From Prasinococcaceae sp. CCMP 1430 (lineage: Eukaryota; Plantae; Prasinodermophyta): a DNA stretch of 63,634 nt. The DNA is taken from NCBI GenBank assembly GCA_013416795.1, contig RQSC01000014.1, positions 579,655 through 643,288 on the forward strand, written 5' to 3'. How positions within the stretch are numbered: position 1 is the stretch's first letter; the number at the start of each line of letters is the position of its first letter. Below are positions 52,106-63,634 of this stretch, in pieces. The position numbers were made by a program, and so were the translations under genes. The notes beneath the pieces are model-generated. The model was not told the origin of the DNA, made no database searches, and was given only the letters and a program-made list of their open reading frames with translations.

Positions 52106-55100
52106 ACGCGCGCGCGCGCGCGCGCGCGTATGCACACACACACATACTTCGAAGCACTTTGCTCTCTCAGTATCGCTGACGCGCACACGCACGCGCACGC
52201 ACGCGCGCGCACGCACGCGTGCAAAAAGGCCGCCGACGCGGCGCTGCGGCGAGTGGTCGAGCGCCGCGCCCGCTCCGCGCTGAGCGCATGGTCAGCACAC
52301 ACCGCCGCCTCGGCCCGCCTCAGGCGTGCCGCCGCGCGCCTCACCGCCCATCGGTGCGCGCGTGTGCTGTCGCGCTGCCTCGCGGCGTGGCGCGTGTGCG
52401 CGCTCGAGGGTGCCGCGCTGCACCGCCTCGCGGGCAGGGCGGTGCTGAGGCGCAGGCAGCGGCTCTTCGGGGCGTGGGCGCGGCGCGCGCGCGAGGCCCG
52501 CGCGGCGCGAGCCGACGGCTGGGGGCACCAACCCGATGTCCTGGTCTTCGCGCACAACGCCGCAGACGACGCGAATAGCTTGTCGGCGGCGCAAACGGGT
52601 GCATACGCGCTCGGCGCACACCACACACGCCCTTACCTCGGGGTGTGCGGCACCGAGGTGGGCGATGAGGGAGTGGGCGGCAGCGAGCAGTACGCGTACG
52701 CGGCACCCGTGCCGCAGTCGCCCGCGGAGGCGCGCGGGGCGGCGCTGTGGCGCGCGCGCTTTACGATGGGCTCTGTCGACAGGATGGCTTCGAGGAGGCG
52801 GCGAGGGCGCGCGCGCGCGTACCTGCTATCGTGGCACTTGCGAGCCCTGCGGAGTGCGCGGCACGCGGCGCTGCTCAGCAGGGCTGGTAACGCGCGGGCG
52901 GCACGCGTCGTGCGCGCGTGGCGTGCTACAGCACGGACGCTGTCGGCCGCACTCGCCGAGGCGGAGCGCCGACGCAGGCTGCACCGCATCATCGCCTCTC
53001 GTGCGGCCCTGTGTGGCTGGCGCGTCGCAACGGCCGCGTCGCGCGAGCTCAGGGCTAAGGCGCACGAGCTCGATGCTGCGCTCAGCATGGTCTCGTATGC
53101 CGGCTTTGCAGCCGCGGATGAGACGGAGGCCGCGGCTTTTGAGGCGGACGCACACAGGCAGGGCGCGCTGGACGCTTCCGTCCGCTGCCTCGAGAGGCTG
53201 CACCGCCGCAGGCGCCTGCGTGCAGCGATGCGTGCCTGGTGTGACGCGTTCGACGTGCGCGAAGCGGCGCTCCGCAAGGCCGAGGTCATGTACGTCGAGC
53301 GAGTGCTGGCCTTCGTCCGGACAGCGCTGCGGGCTTGGCACGCGCACAGTGCACGAGAGGCGAGAGCTGCGCGCGCCGTTGCGGTGTTCGGGCGGCGCGC
53401 GTTTGCACGCCTCGTCTGGAGGCTCGTGGGCGCGTGGCGGGCCATCGCCGCCAACGGACGCTTCCAGAGGAGGGTGGGCGAGAGCGCGGCGCGCGTGCTC
53501 CAGACGCGCGCGCACAGGCGCGCGCTGCGAGAGTGGCACGAGCTCGCCCGTGGCACCACCGTCATGGCCGAGCGAGCGGACAGGTTAACTTGGCGGCACC
53601 TGTGGCGCTGGTGCAGGCAGGTGCTCGCGGCGTGGCGGGCGACAGTCGCCGAGCGTGTCACAGGCCGCCTTCGCCTCGGAGCCAAAGCGGAGCGAGCAGA
53701 GCGGTGGAGGGAGGCGCGAATGCTCGCACACATGCGCGAGGCACTCCGCGGCTGGCGCGTCAGCGCGGACGTCCGCGGCATCGAACGCCTCACCCTTGCG
53801 CAGATCGACGACGAGCGGCGCGTCGAGCGCGGGAGAGGCGCCCGTGCGCGCTACGCGCGCGATGCGGCAGTCACAGCTGCCTGTGACATGATGGCAGGCG
53901 CGCGAAGCAGACGCGCGCGCCGGCGGGCCTTTGAGGGATGGCATTCCCAATGGCGCCTCGCCGAAGAAAAGGCGAGGGCCCGCCGAGCGCTCGACGCGCT
54001 TGCCGAGGACATGGCGGCCACTCGCTTGTTGCGACTCGCCGCATCCGCGCTTGAGCACTGGCACAGGTGCACGAGTGCCAATGTGGCACTCCGGCAGCAA
54101 ATTGAGCGCAATGACGCACGGAGAGAGATGCGACTGCTGTGTTCTGTCCTGTGCGAATGGTACAGACACGTGCGCGCGAACAAGATGGTCTTCGAGTACG
54201 GCGCAGCAGCGATGGACGCAAAACACGCACGCGAAGCTGCCGTGGCGGCGGCATGCGCGTCAATCGCGCGGCTACAGGGCCGGCGACTCGTGGGCGTGTG
54301 TATCACGGCTTGGAAGCAGCGGGTCCATCTCGAAGCTGAGGCTTTGCGTATGAGCACCATGCAACAGCAAACACTCGCGTGCTTCCGACGGAGGGCCATG
54401 CGGTCGTGGTTGCGCCGCATTGTGCTTTGTTGGCGCATGCACGCGCACAATGGCGCCGCGAGGCGCGCGACGGTGGATCTCACCATACATGTGATCGCAA
54501 GGCGACGTCGGGGGAGCACGCTCTCAGCAGCACTCACAGCTCTGCGCAAGTACACTGCTTACAAACACGGACGGGCGAAGCTGTACCTGCGAGCAGACGC
54601 GATGGCGCGCATGAGCCGCCTTGGGTGGAGCCTCCTGTGTTGGTTGCGGTTTGTGGCGCGGAGGCAGATGCTCCGCGGGTCTCTGGAGGCGCAGGAACAG
54701 CCGATGTACACCGACGTCATGGGGCACGAGTACACGCTCGATGGCGGCACGGCGACATCGGGGGTGGGGCTCAATGCAGAGGAAAGCAGGCGGTGGGCAG
54801 CAGCGACGCTCGAGCAGCGTGGCAGCCTTCGCATGAGCGCGCACTCGCTTGGGGAACCAAGCCCCGGCGGACGCGCTCCGATGTTGCAAGGCTCTCTCGC
54901 GCGCCTCCGCCGGACGGGATACGCTCATGTGCATTCGCCATCGCGCCGGCCCCGCGGAGCTCCCGCGCTTGCGCCGTCCTCTTCAACGCCACCGCTTGCG
55001 AGGCGATTGGAGCTCAGCCCTCGGGCGAGCGTTGCCAGCGCTGCCTTTGCCGGGGGCGAGAGCCCGTCGTCGACAGCGCCCTCTCTAGCAGGCCTCGCTG

Positions 55101-58100
55101 CGGCTGCGACGCCATTCAGCACTCCAGGCTCAAACTCGAAGATGGGCGTGCGCGCGGCGAAGGACGCGCTGGTGAGGGCCGGACAGACGCCGCCGCAAAC
55201 GCAGGGCACGCCTCCACAGTTCCACGTGCAGCCAATGACGCCGGCCGCGCAGCGTCTCGCTCTCGCGCACGCTGCTCAGATCCACTCACCCGTAGTGCCT
55301 GTTGTGCTCCCAGGCGCGCTGCCTGCGAGCGCGCCTAAATACGGCGTCTTCGTGGATGTGGCTGTCGCAGAGTTTGCGTCGGCTATCAGCGTCGTGCAGG
55401 AGGGCGCGAGTGCGGTGCGCGCAATGGAACGCGCATTCACCGTTTGGAGCTCGCTTGGCCGTGCGCACGTCAGCATGATCAACAAGTGCAAGCGAGTGCT
55501 CGAGAGGCGCACACGGGCTCGGCTGTTGAGCCAGTGCTTCGGCAGTTGGCGCTCGGCGGTGTGGATGACCGCCAAGCTACGTCTCTATTTCGCGCACAAG
55601 ACTCACAGACGAGCACGAGCGGCCGTCGCCGTCTGGCGAGAGGGCACAAGGGCCGCCGCTCTCGTGCGCGTGGCTCTTTCGCGCCACCTGGAGAAGCGGG
55701 TGGCGGCGACTCTGGCGTCATTCTTCAAGGTGTGGCACTGGGCCTCGCACCGTTCATGCACACACCGCATGCTGGTGGACAAGCACGTCGTGCGCACGCA
55801 GCTGCGACGCGCCAAGGTGGCGATGCAGACATGGCGCGACCTGTCGCGAACAAACCGGCAACTGCAGGTGGCTGAAGTCGCCTTCCAGCGCTTCCTCGCT
55901 CGCACGCAGCACTCTATGCTGCGCCGCTGCTTCAGGCAATGGCATGCACACGCGATGGAGGAATTCCGAAAGCAAAGGCTGCTCACGATATTCCAGGACC
56001 GTTGGGGCCGCGCGCACCTCGGCCCCACCGCCCGCTTGCTCGCTCGCACCCTCTCTGCGTGGAAGGCGCAGAGCGCCTACGCTCAGATGATGCGCGCGTC
56101 AGCCCTACACCTGATGAAACAGGTGTGCCGTAGGCTGCTCCTGAGCGCGATGGCTGAGTGGAGAGCGCATACTCTTGCCGCACGCAGACAAGTCTCGGTC
56201 GACAGGGCGGCGCGGATGTTTTTGAAGCGCGCATATCTACGGAAGAGCTCCATGTGCTTTGCGGGCTGGGCAGCGCATACAGCTGCCGCGCGAAGGCGCA
56301 TGCTTGCGCTCGTGCGGGCGCTGGTACGCGTTCGCCGGCTCAATGTGAGCGCAATCTTCAGACGCTGGGCGTCGCTCGCGCTGAGGACGAGAGTCACGCG
56401 GACCCTCCTCCGCGGCCACGCGCTGTCGCACGAGCGCTCCGTCAGGCGGCGCGCCTTCAATGCGTGGGCGCTTCGCGTCTCAAGGAAGGCGCGGTGCGCG
56501 CGTGTGCTTGCCAGCCATCTCACGCGCCGGCTCGCCCTTGTCGCGCGCGGGACATTCGCTTACTGGCACATGCTCACGCAGAGGAACGTCGCGAGACGCG
56601 AGCGGGTCAATGCGATGGTAGACAGGCTAAGGCGAAGGGTAGCGCTCCGCGTGTTGCACGGGTGGTCGCACGTCGTGCACCGCGAAAACCTGGCAAGGGC
56701 TGCGGCATCGCGATTCTTCACCAACAAACTCAAGGCTGCGATCGCTCGCTGGCGGTGGTCTTCGAAGCAGACGTCAACGGCCCTTCGCTTCGCACTGCGA
56801 TTGCTGTATCGCACGGTCTCGCTCGCCCTGCGCGAGTGGCTCAGCATTGCTCGGGTGCGCATGCTCGCCAGTAGGCTCAGCATAGAGCTGTGGCTGCGCA
56901 GGGTGCGACTGTCCCTGCGCGCCTGGGCCCACGCCGCGCAACTCGGCGCAATCGCCTCCCACTTCGCTTCCAAGGTGCAGCACCGCAAGCTTTGGCAGAG
57001 CCTGTCCACCTGGCGGGCACTGAGCCGACGCACGTTGCTCGTGAGGCGCATGGGCGCCACGCACACGCGCGCGCGCGCCAGGCGGGTGCTGCTCATGTGG
57101 CGAGGCGTCGTCTCGCGGTACCGAGGCGCTCGCCAACTCGGCGCCCAGGTTGAGAGGGCACACTTGGGCCGCGTGCTTGCAGAGTGGCGGGGTCTCGCAC
57201 TCCGCGGTCTCGCGATCTCGGCGATGCAGGGCCGCTGGTTTGTGGCTCGCTTGCGCACAGCTCTGGACTGGTGGCGTGTGCGCGCGAGGCGCACCGCAGT
57301 CATCCAGGCCGCCTACGCGGCGTGGCGCTGGGATGAGCCGGGCCGGCTCTTGCGCGCTTGGAGGGGCGTCGCCGCCGCTGAGCGCGAGCACAAGCTCGAG
57401 ACCATGATGGTCAAGCTGTCGTTGGCAGAGGGATACTCGAGGACGTTCCATCGCAGGCAAGCTCGCCGCGCACTGCTGGCATGGTACCGCTTAGCACGAT
57501 ACCAGTATCGCCTGGCCGATGGAATCGTCGACAGTGCACTGATGTTGCGAGGGCGCACTGTGCTTCGCGCCTGGCATGCCAGCATTGTGCAGAGAGCGCG
57601 CGAGGTGGCTGCGACAAGGTGGAGCACTCGACGTGCGTGCGCCAGTGTCGTGCGAGCCTGGCGAACATACGCGATGCGAGCAGCACGTGCGCGCGTACGC
57701 ATGCAAGGGGCTCTCTTGCGGTACGACCGCCGCCTGGCGGCACACGTCCTGCGAGGGTGGCGAGCGCATTCGCGCATGGAACGCAGGCTCCGCGATCGCG
57801 CAGTCGCGCTGCGACATCGCCATTCCAGGCGCACTGCGCAGCGCGTTCTGCGACACTGGCGCCACACCGTGCGCCAGCATCAGCGCAGCAGTGCTGCGGC
57901 GGGGCGCCGGCTTCGCCAGATGCTGCTCCGTATCCTGCGTGCGTGGCGCCTCGAGGCTAGCTTGGCCAACGTCCAGCGCAGGCGCGCGGGGCTCGCCGAT
58001 GTCGCCGCGTCGCAATTTGAGGTCGAGCTGCTGCGAATGGAAGCCGCGCGCATTCAGACCGCCATGAGCGAACCAAGACCGCCAAGGCCCTCCGTGTGGT

Positions 58101-60166
58101 CGATCGAGGGCGGCGAGCCCTCAGCTCGATCGCATGTGCAGTCACAAAGCGTCGCGTGCCAAACGCCAGGAGCGTTGCCTGGGACGCGAGACAAGAAGCG
58201 CCCCAGGCCTGCGTCCGCCGGCGCAGCCGGTGGGGGCAAACGCGCGGAGCCCCCTGCGGGGTCTGCTCCTGTTGCGCACGCGCGGCACGGGCCGATCACT
58301 GTGACTGAGGCGCTCCCGCCGCTGGCGCATCACTATCAGCAGCAGCTCAACTCATCCTCGCCAGCAGGCAGCACTTCGCCTTCGTCACCTGTAGTGGCCC
58401 GTAATCTGGAGAGCGAGCTCGACGCCGTTGTGCCGAAGACCCGGGCAGACGGCCACGCTTGTGACAGCGGCGCCATCGAGGCCGGCACCTCTCCCCTTCG
58501 CGCGCAAGAGGAGGCTCTCGCCGAGCCGGACCCGGACGAGGCGATTGCTGATTTCGAAGCGCTAATTGAGCACCTGCAGTTGGACCGGAATCGCCTCATG
58601 CAAGAGAATGATAGGCTCACAGAGGACAATGCCGCTCTCGAGGACGCTGCCGAGATAGCCACATTTGCGGCGCAGGCAGAGCGACTGGCGCTCGGCGACA
58701 GAGCTGCCGAGCTCGCCGATCTCGCATCCGAGCTTGCTCGAAACGACTCTGGGCACGGCATCGTCGAACCACCCAGCGGCGGCCATGAACCGCGGCTCTC
58801 GACGACTGCAACGCTGACACAGTCCTATTCGCCCGAAGCGGCCGATGTGGATGGTGGGCCTTCACATGCATCGCTCGCGGGGAGGGGCGACTTCGCTCAG
58901 TTTCAGGGTGACAGCACATTCAGCGGTGGTAGCAGCCTGAGCACGAGCACCACGAGCAGCAAGGGCAAGGGAGAGGTGCAATCAGGTTCGCCGAGCTCCG
59001 CGGCGGCGCTGGCAGCGATCATCGCTGCCGCGGAGCGGCGCGAAAGGAAAGCGAGCGAGGCGAGCATGGCTGCATCCGCTCGCGCCATAGCGGCGGGGAG
59101 GGAGGCCGCGCAGCTCGCCGAGGAGCGAGCGGCGCGTGGACGCGCCGAATCAGAGGCCCGTGCCGCGCGCGAGGAGGCCGCTCGTGCGACTAGCCTGGCG
59201 AAGCGCGGTCTTGCGATGGCGATCTCGGAAAGACGTCCTGTCGAAGAGCGCGCTGCGGACCTTCAAGACCAGGTGGAGGCGCTCGAGCACAGGCGTGAGC
59301 GCGACGCTGCTGCCCTCGCCGACGAGCGTGCAGCGCTCAAGCAGGCGACCGAAGCGGTGAGGACCGTCGAACGCGAGGCACGCACAGCCTTGGAGGCTGA
59401 AGCCTTCGTGACGGTCGCCAAGGAGCGCGCTCTTCGGCTGGAGGTGGAGGCACGCGAGCGCACGGCGCGCGAGGAGGGCACGCGAGCGGTCAAAGAAGCG
59501 CTGCGAGGGGAGCGCGCCGCGCGGCTGGCTGCCGAGGAGCGCGAGCGAACCGCGCTCGACGAGGCTGCGAATGCGGCGGACGCTTTGAAGACGGCGCAGG
59601 ATCTCGCGCTGCAGGCGGAGCGAGTGCTTCTCGAGCACGGCGAGCGCGTTCCCCACGAAGAGGCGCCGCTGCTGACGCCTGGCTCGGACGCAGCACGCGC
59701 GCTTGAGACAGAACGCACCGCGCGCGTCGTTGCGGAGGTGCGCGCACAGGCCGCACGCCAGGAAGCGGCGTGCGCAGCGAGCGTTGCGCGCACGGCGGTC
59801 GATATCGCACGCGAGCAGGCACGGCTTGCCGCCGCGGCGTCTCGAGCGGCGGATTCTGCGCAACAGGCGCGCCGTGCCGCCAGCAAGAGGGCCGCGCGCA
59901 CGCCCGAGGCGCGCCAGACCACGGACGTGCTGCGATTGCACTGGACGCCCGAAGGCCTGCCGAGCGCCCGCTTTTCGTTCGGTGCGCCGCTCGTCGGCTC
60001 GCCCACGCAGGGCCTCGAGCCCCCGCGAACAAGTCTTTCCGCGCCTGCGACTGCCGAGCCAGCTTCGGCGTCGGCTGACGCCAGCGCGGGTAGCCCCCCC
60101 GGACGCGCCGCTGACGAGGTGGGCAGGCGACCCGCCGGCGTCGCCAGGCGGCTGCGCATGGGCTGA
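51559..60166 (+). CDS. Giant Sfi1-like centrin-binding repeat protein (~2806 aa); exons 51559-52041 and 52229-60166
   Basis: Many A/L-rich helical repeats ending in L/F-x-x-W-R/H, with Trp spacings of 33 and 29 aa counted in consecutive repeats. Two repeat blocks are separated by a Pro/Ser linker, with coiled coils at both ends. Phase-0 intron has a GTGCGT donor, CTGAC branch and AAG acceptor. Confidence 0.75.
52050..52104 (+). repeat. (GT)n microsatellite in intron 1 of the Sfi1-like gene
   Basis: Directly visible dinucleotide run. Confidence 0.95.
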
Positions 60167-60972
60167 GAAACCCAACCGAGCTCGCGGTTCGCTCTGGAGA
60201 GCGGTAGTTCTTAGATTCAGAGGCGTTGGTAGGCTAAGTAGTCGAGTTTAGTTAGGCCACGCAGCAGACCACATCATCGGTCACCAGTCGGTCGGTCGCC
60301 CCCTGCGCGCCGGCCGGGCGACGCTCGCGCAGCGGCGGGCACGCCCTGCCCGTTCAATAGGCGCTCGCACGGAGACGCTCGCTTGGTTGGTGACGCTGAC
60401 ATGGTCCACACCGCGCGAACGGGCGCGGGTCACTCAGAAGCGGAAGGACAGCGTGCTGGGGAAGGGGTGCGCGCGCAAAAAAAAAAAAAAGAGGGGCGGG
60501 CCGACCCGGCGAGCCGCGCTGGCGGGGGGGCACCTGCCTGGCGGGCGGGCGGGCTGACTGGGCCTCCAATCGATTACCGCACGACGCACGACGGGGAACG
60601 CGGTGCTTCGGTCGGTCGGTCGGTCGGTCGGTCGGGGTTCGCGGCAGACTTGGTGGTGCACGATCCCGGCCGGCCAGCGATGATGATGAGGGCTGGCCAG
60701 CCAGGTGTGCGGAATTCGGACCGAATTCTGCTGCAGCTGCTGCTCTGCGGCATTTTCGCCTCCCCCTCGATCGATCGCTCGCTCGCTCGCCCCCCCCCGC
60801 CCCCCGCCCCTGCCCCTGTTGCGTGTGCGCGCGTGCGCGTTCGTTGCGCGTTGATTGATCGATGTACCGACACGAACGGGCAGCGCCCCCCGGCCGGCCG
60901 CCGTTTGCCGACACCCGCCGGGTCCCCGAAGGGGCATGCACGCACGCACGTGCGTCAGCGCGCGCCCGGTGC

Positions 60973-60979
60973 TATTTAA
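60973..60979 (+). promoter_or_regulatory. TATA-like element TATTTAA upstream of beta-tubulin
   Basis: A rare AT-rich heptamer in GC-rich DNA, about 140 nt before the gap inferred to hold exon 1. Confidence 0.3.
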
Positions 60980-61846
60980 GGGTTGACACCACAGGGTTCG
61001 TCCTCGGCCGAGTTGATGGCCTTTTCCGGTGCGTCCCCTCCCCCTCCCTCCCCCCCCCCCCCCAAAGCGCGCGGCGCGTTGCGGTTGCGGTCGCAGCCGC
61101 GGGCGCGCGGGCGCGCGGNNNNNNNNNNNNNNNNNNNNNNNNNNNNNNNNNNNNNNNNNNNNNNNNNNNNNNNNNNNNNNNNNNNNNNNNNNNNNNNNNN
61201 NNNNNNNNNNNNNNNNNNNNNNNNNNNNNNNNNNNNNNNNNNNNNNNNNNNNNNNNNNNNNNNNNNNNNNNNNNNNNNNNNNNNNNNNNNNNNNNNNNNN
61301 NNNNNNNNNNNNNNNNNNNNNNNNNNNNNNNNNNNNNNNNNNNNNNNNNNNNNNNNNNNNNNNNNNNNNNNNNNNNNNNNNNNNNNNNNNNNNNNNNNNN
61401 NNNNNNNNNNNNNNNNNNNNNNNNNNNNNNNNNNNNNNNNNNNNNNNNNNNNNNNNNNNNNNNNNNNNNNNNNNNNNNNNNNNNNNNNNNNNNNNNNNNN
61501 NNNNNNNNNNNNNNNNNNNNNNNNNNNNNNNNNNNNNNNNNNNNNNNNNNNNNNNNNNNNNNNNNNNNNNNNNNNNNNNNNNNNNNNNNNNNNNNNNNNN
61601 NNNNNNNNNNNNNNNNNNNNNNNNNNNNNNNNNNNNNNNNNNNNNNNNNNNNNNNNNNNNNGGGGCGCCCGCCCTGGCCCGCCCGCCGCGAATTTTCCGC
61701 CGCATGCGTTCTGATGTGCGCGGCCGCGCGCGCGCGCGCGCGCATGCGTTCTGATGTGCGCATCCGCACCCGCATCCGCATACGCGCGCGCGCCCTCCGC
61801 GCCCCCGCGCGCCGCGCGCTCCGGGCTTCATCGCGACGACGCGCAG

Positions 61847-63633
<1,787 letters not shown>

Positions 63634-63634
63634 G

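Overview
Eukaryotic nuclear DNA, very GC-rich (about 70% by eye, not computed), with spliceosomal introns (GTGCG/GTAAG/GTGAG donors, CTGAC-type branch points, YAG and occasionally AAG acceptors). Plant-type GSH1, a GLY1/SFD1-type G3PDH and a PGRL1-like gene point to a green alga, probably an early-diverging prasinophyte-grade lineage (inference). The draft assembly has four N-gaps (4107-4274, 37627-38060, 40503-40725, 61119-61661) and three single-N joins (40079, 45875, 51017). I can support about 30 protein-coding genes or fragments plus one intron-containing tRNA-Gly(GCC); most long ORFs in the supplied track are GC-driven shadow frames. Most notable observations: (1) between about 38 and 49 kb, opposite-strand coding segments repeatedly abut head-to-head with no promoter space, and several lack half the protein (FEX|kinase; C-methyltransferase|unknown, joined at a CAGCGCTG palindrome; LYRM2|GSH1 overlap; ZSWIM7|GST); (2) several genes need a +1 frame change, in three cases explicable at a G-run, with no convincing intron; (3) a secreted protein with two CUB-like domains, each split by an insertion, one holding a Notch LNR-like repeat, near an O-fucosyltransferase-like gene and an SMB/Pro-Thr mucin; (4) a ~2800 aa Sfi1-like centrin-binding protein; (5) a PGRL1-like protein with three helical repeats instead of two; (6) bacterial-type enzymes (a Dcm-like C5 DNA methyltransferase and an NDP-sugar C-methyltransferase domain). 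Assembly artefact is a serious alternative for (1) and (2). All family assignments come from motif recognition, not database searches.
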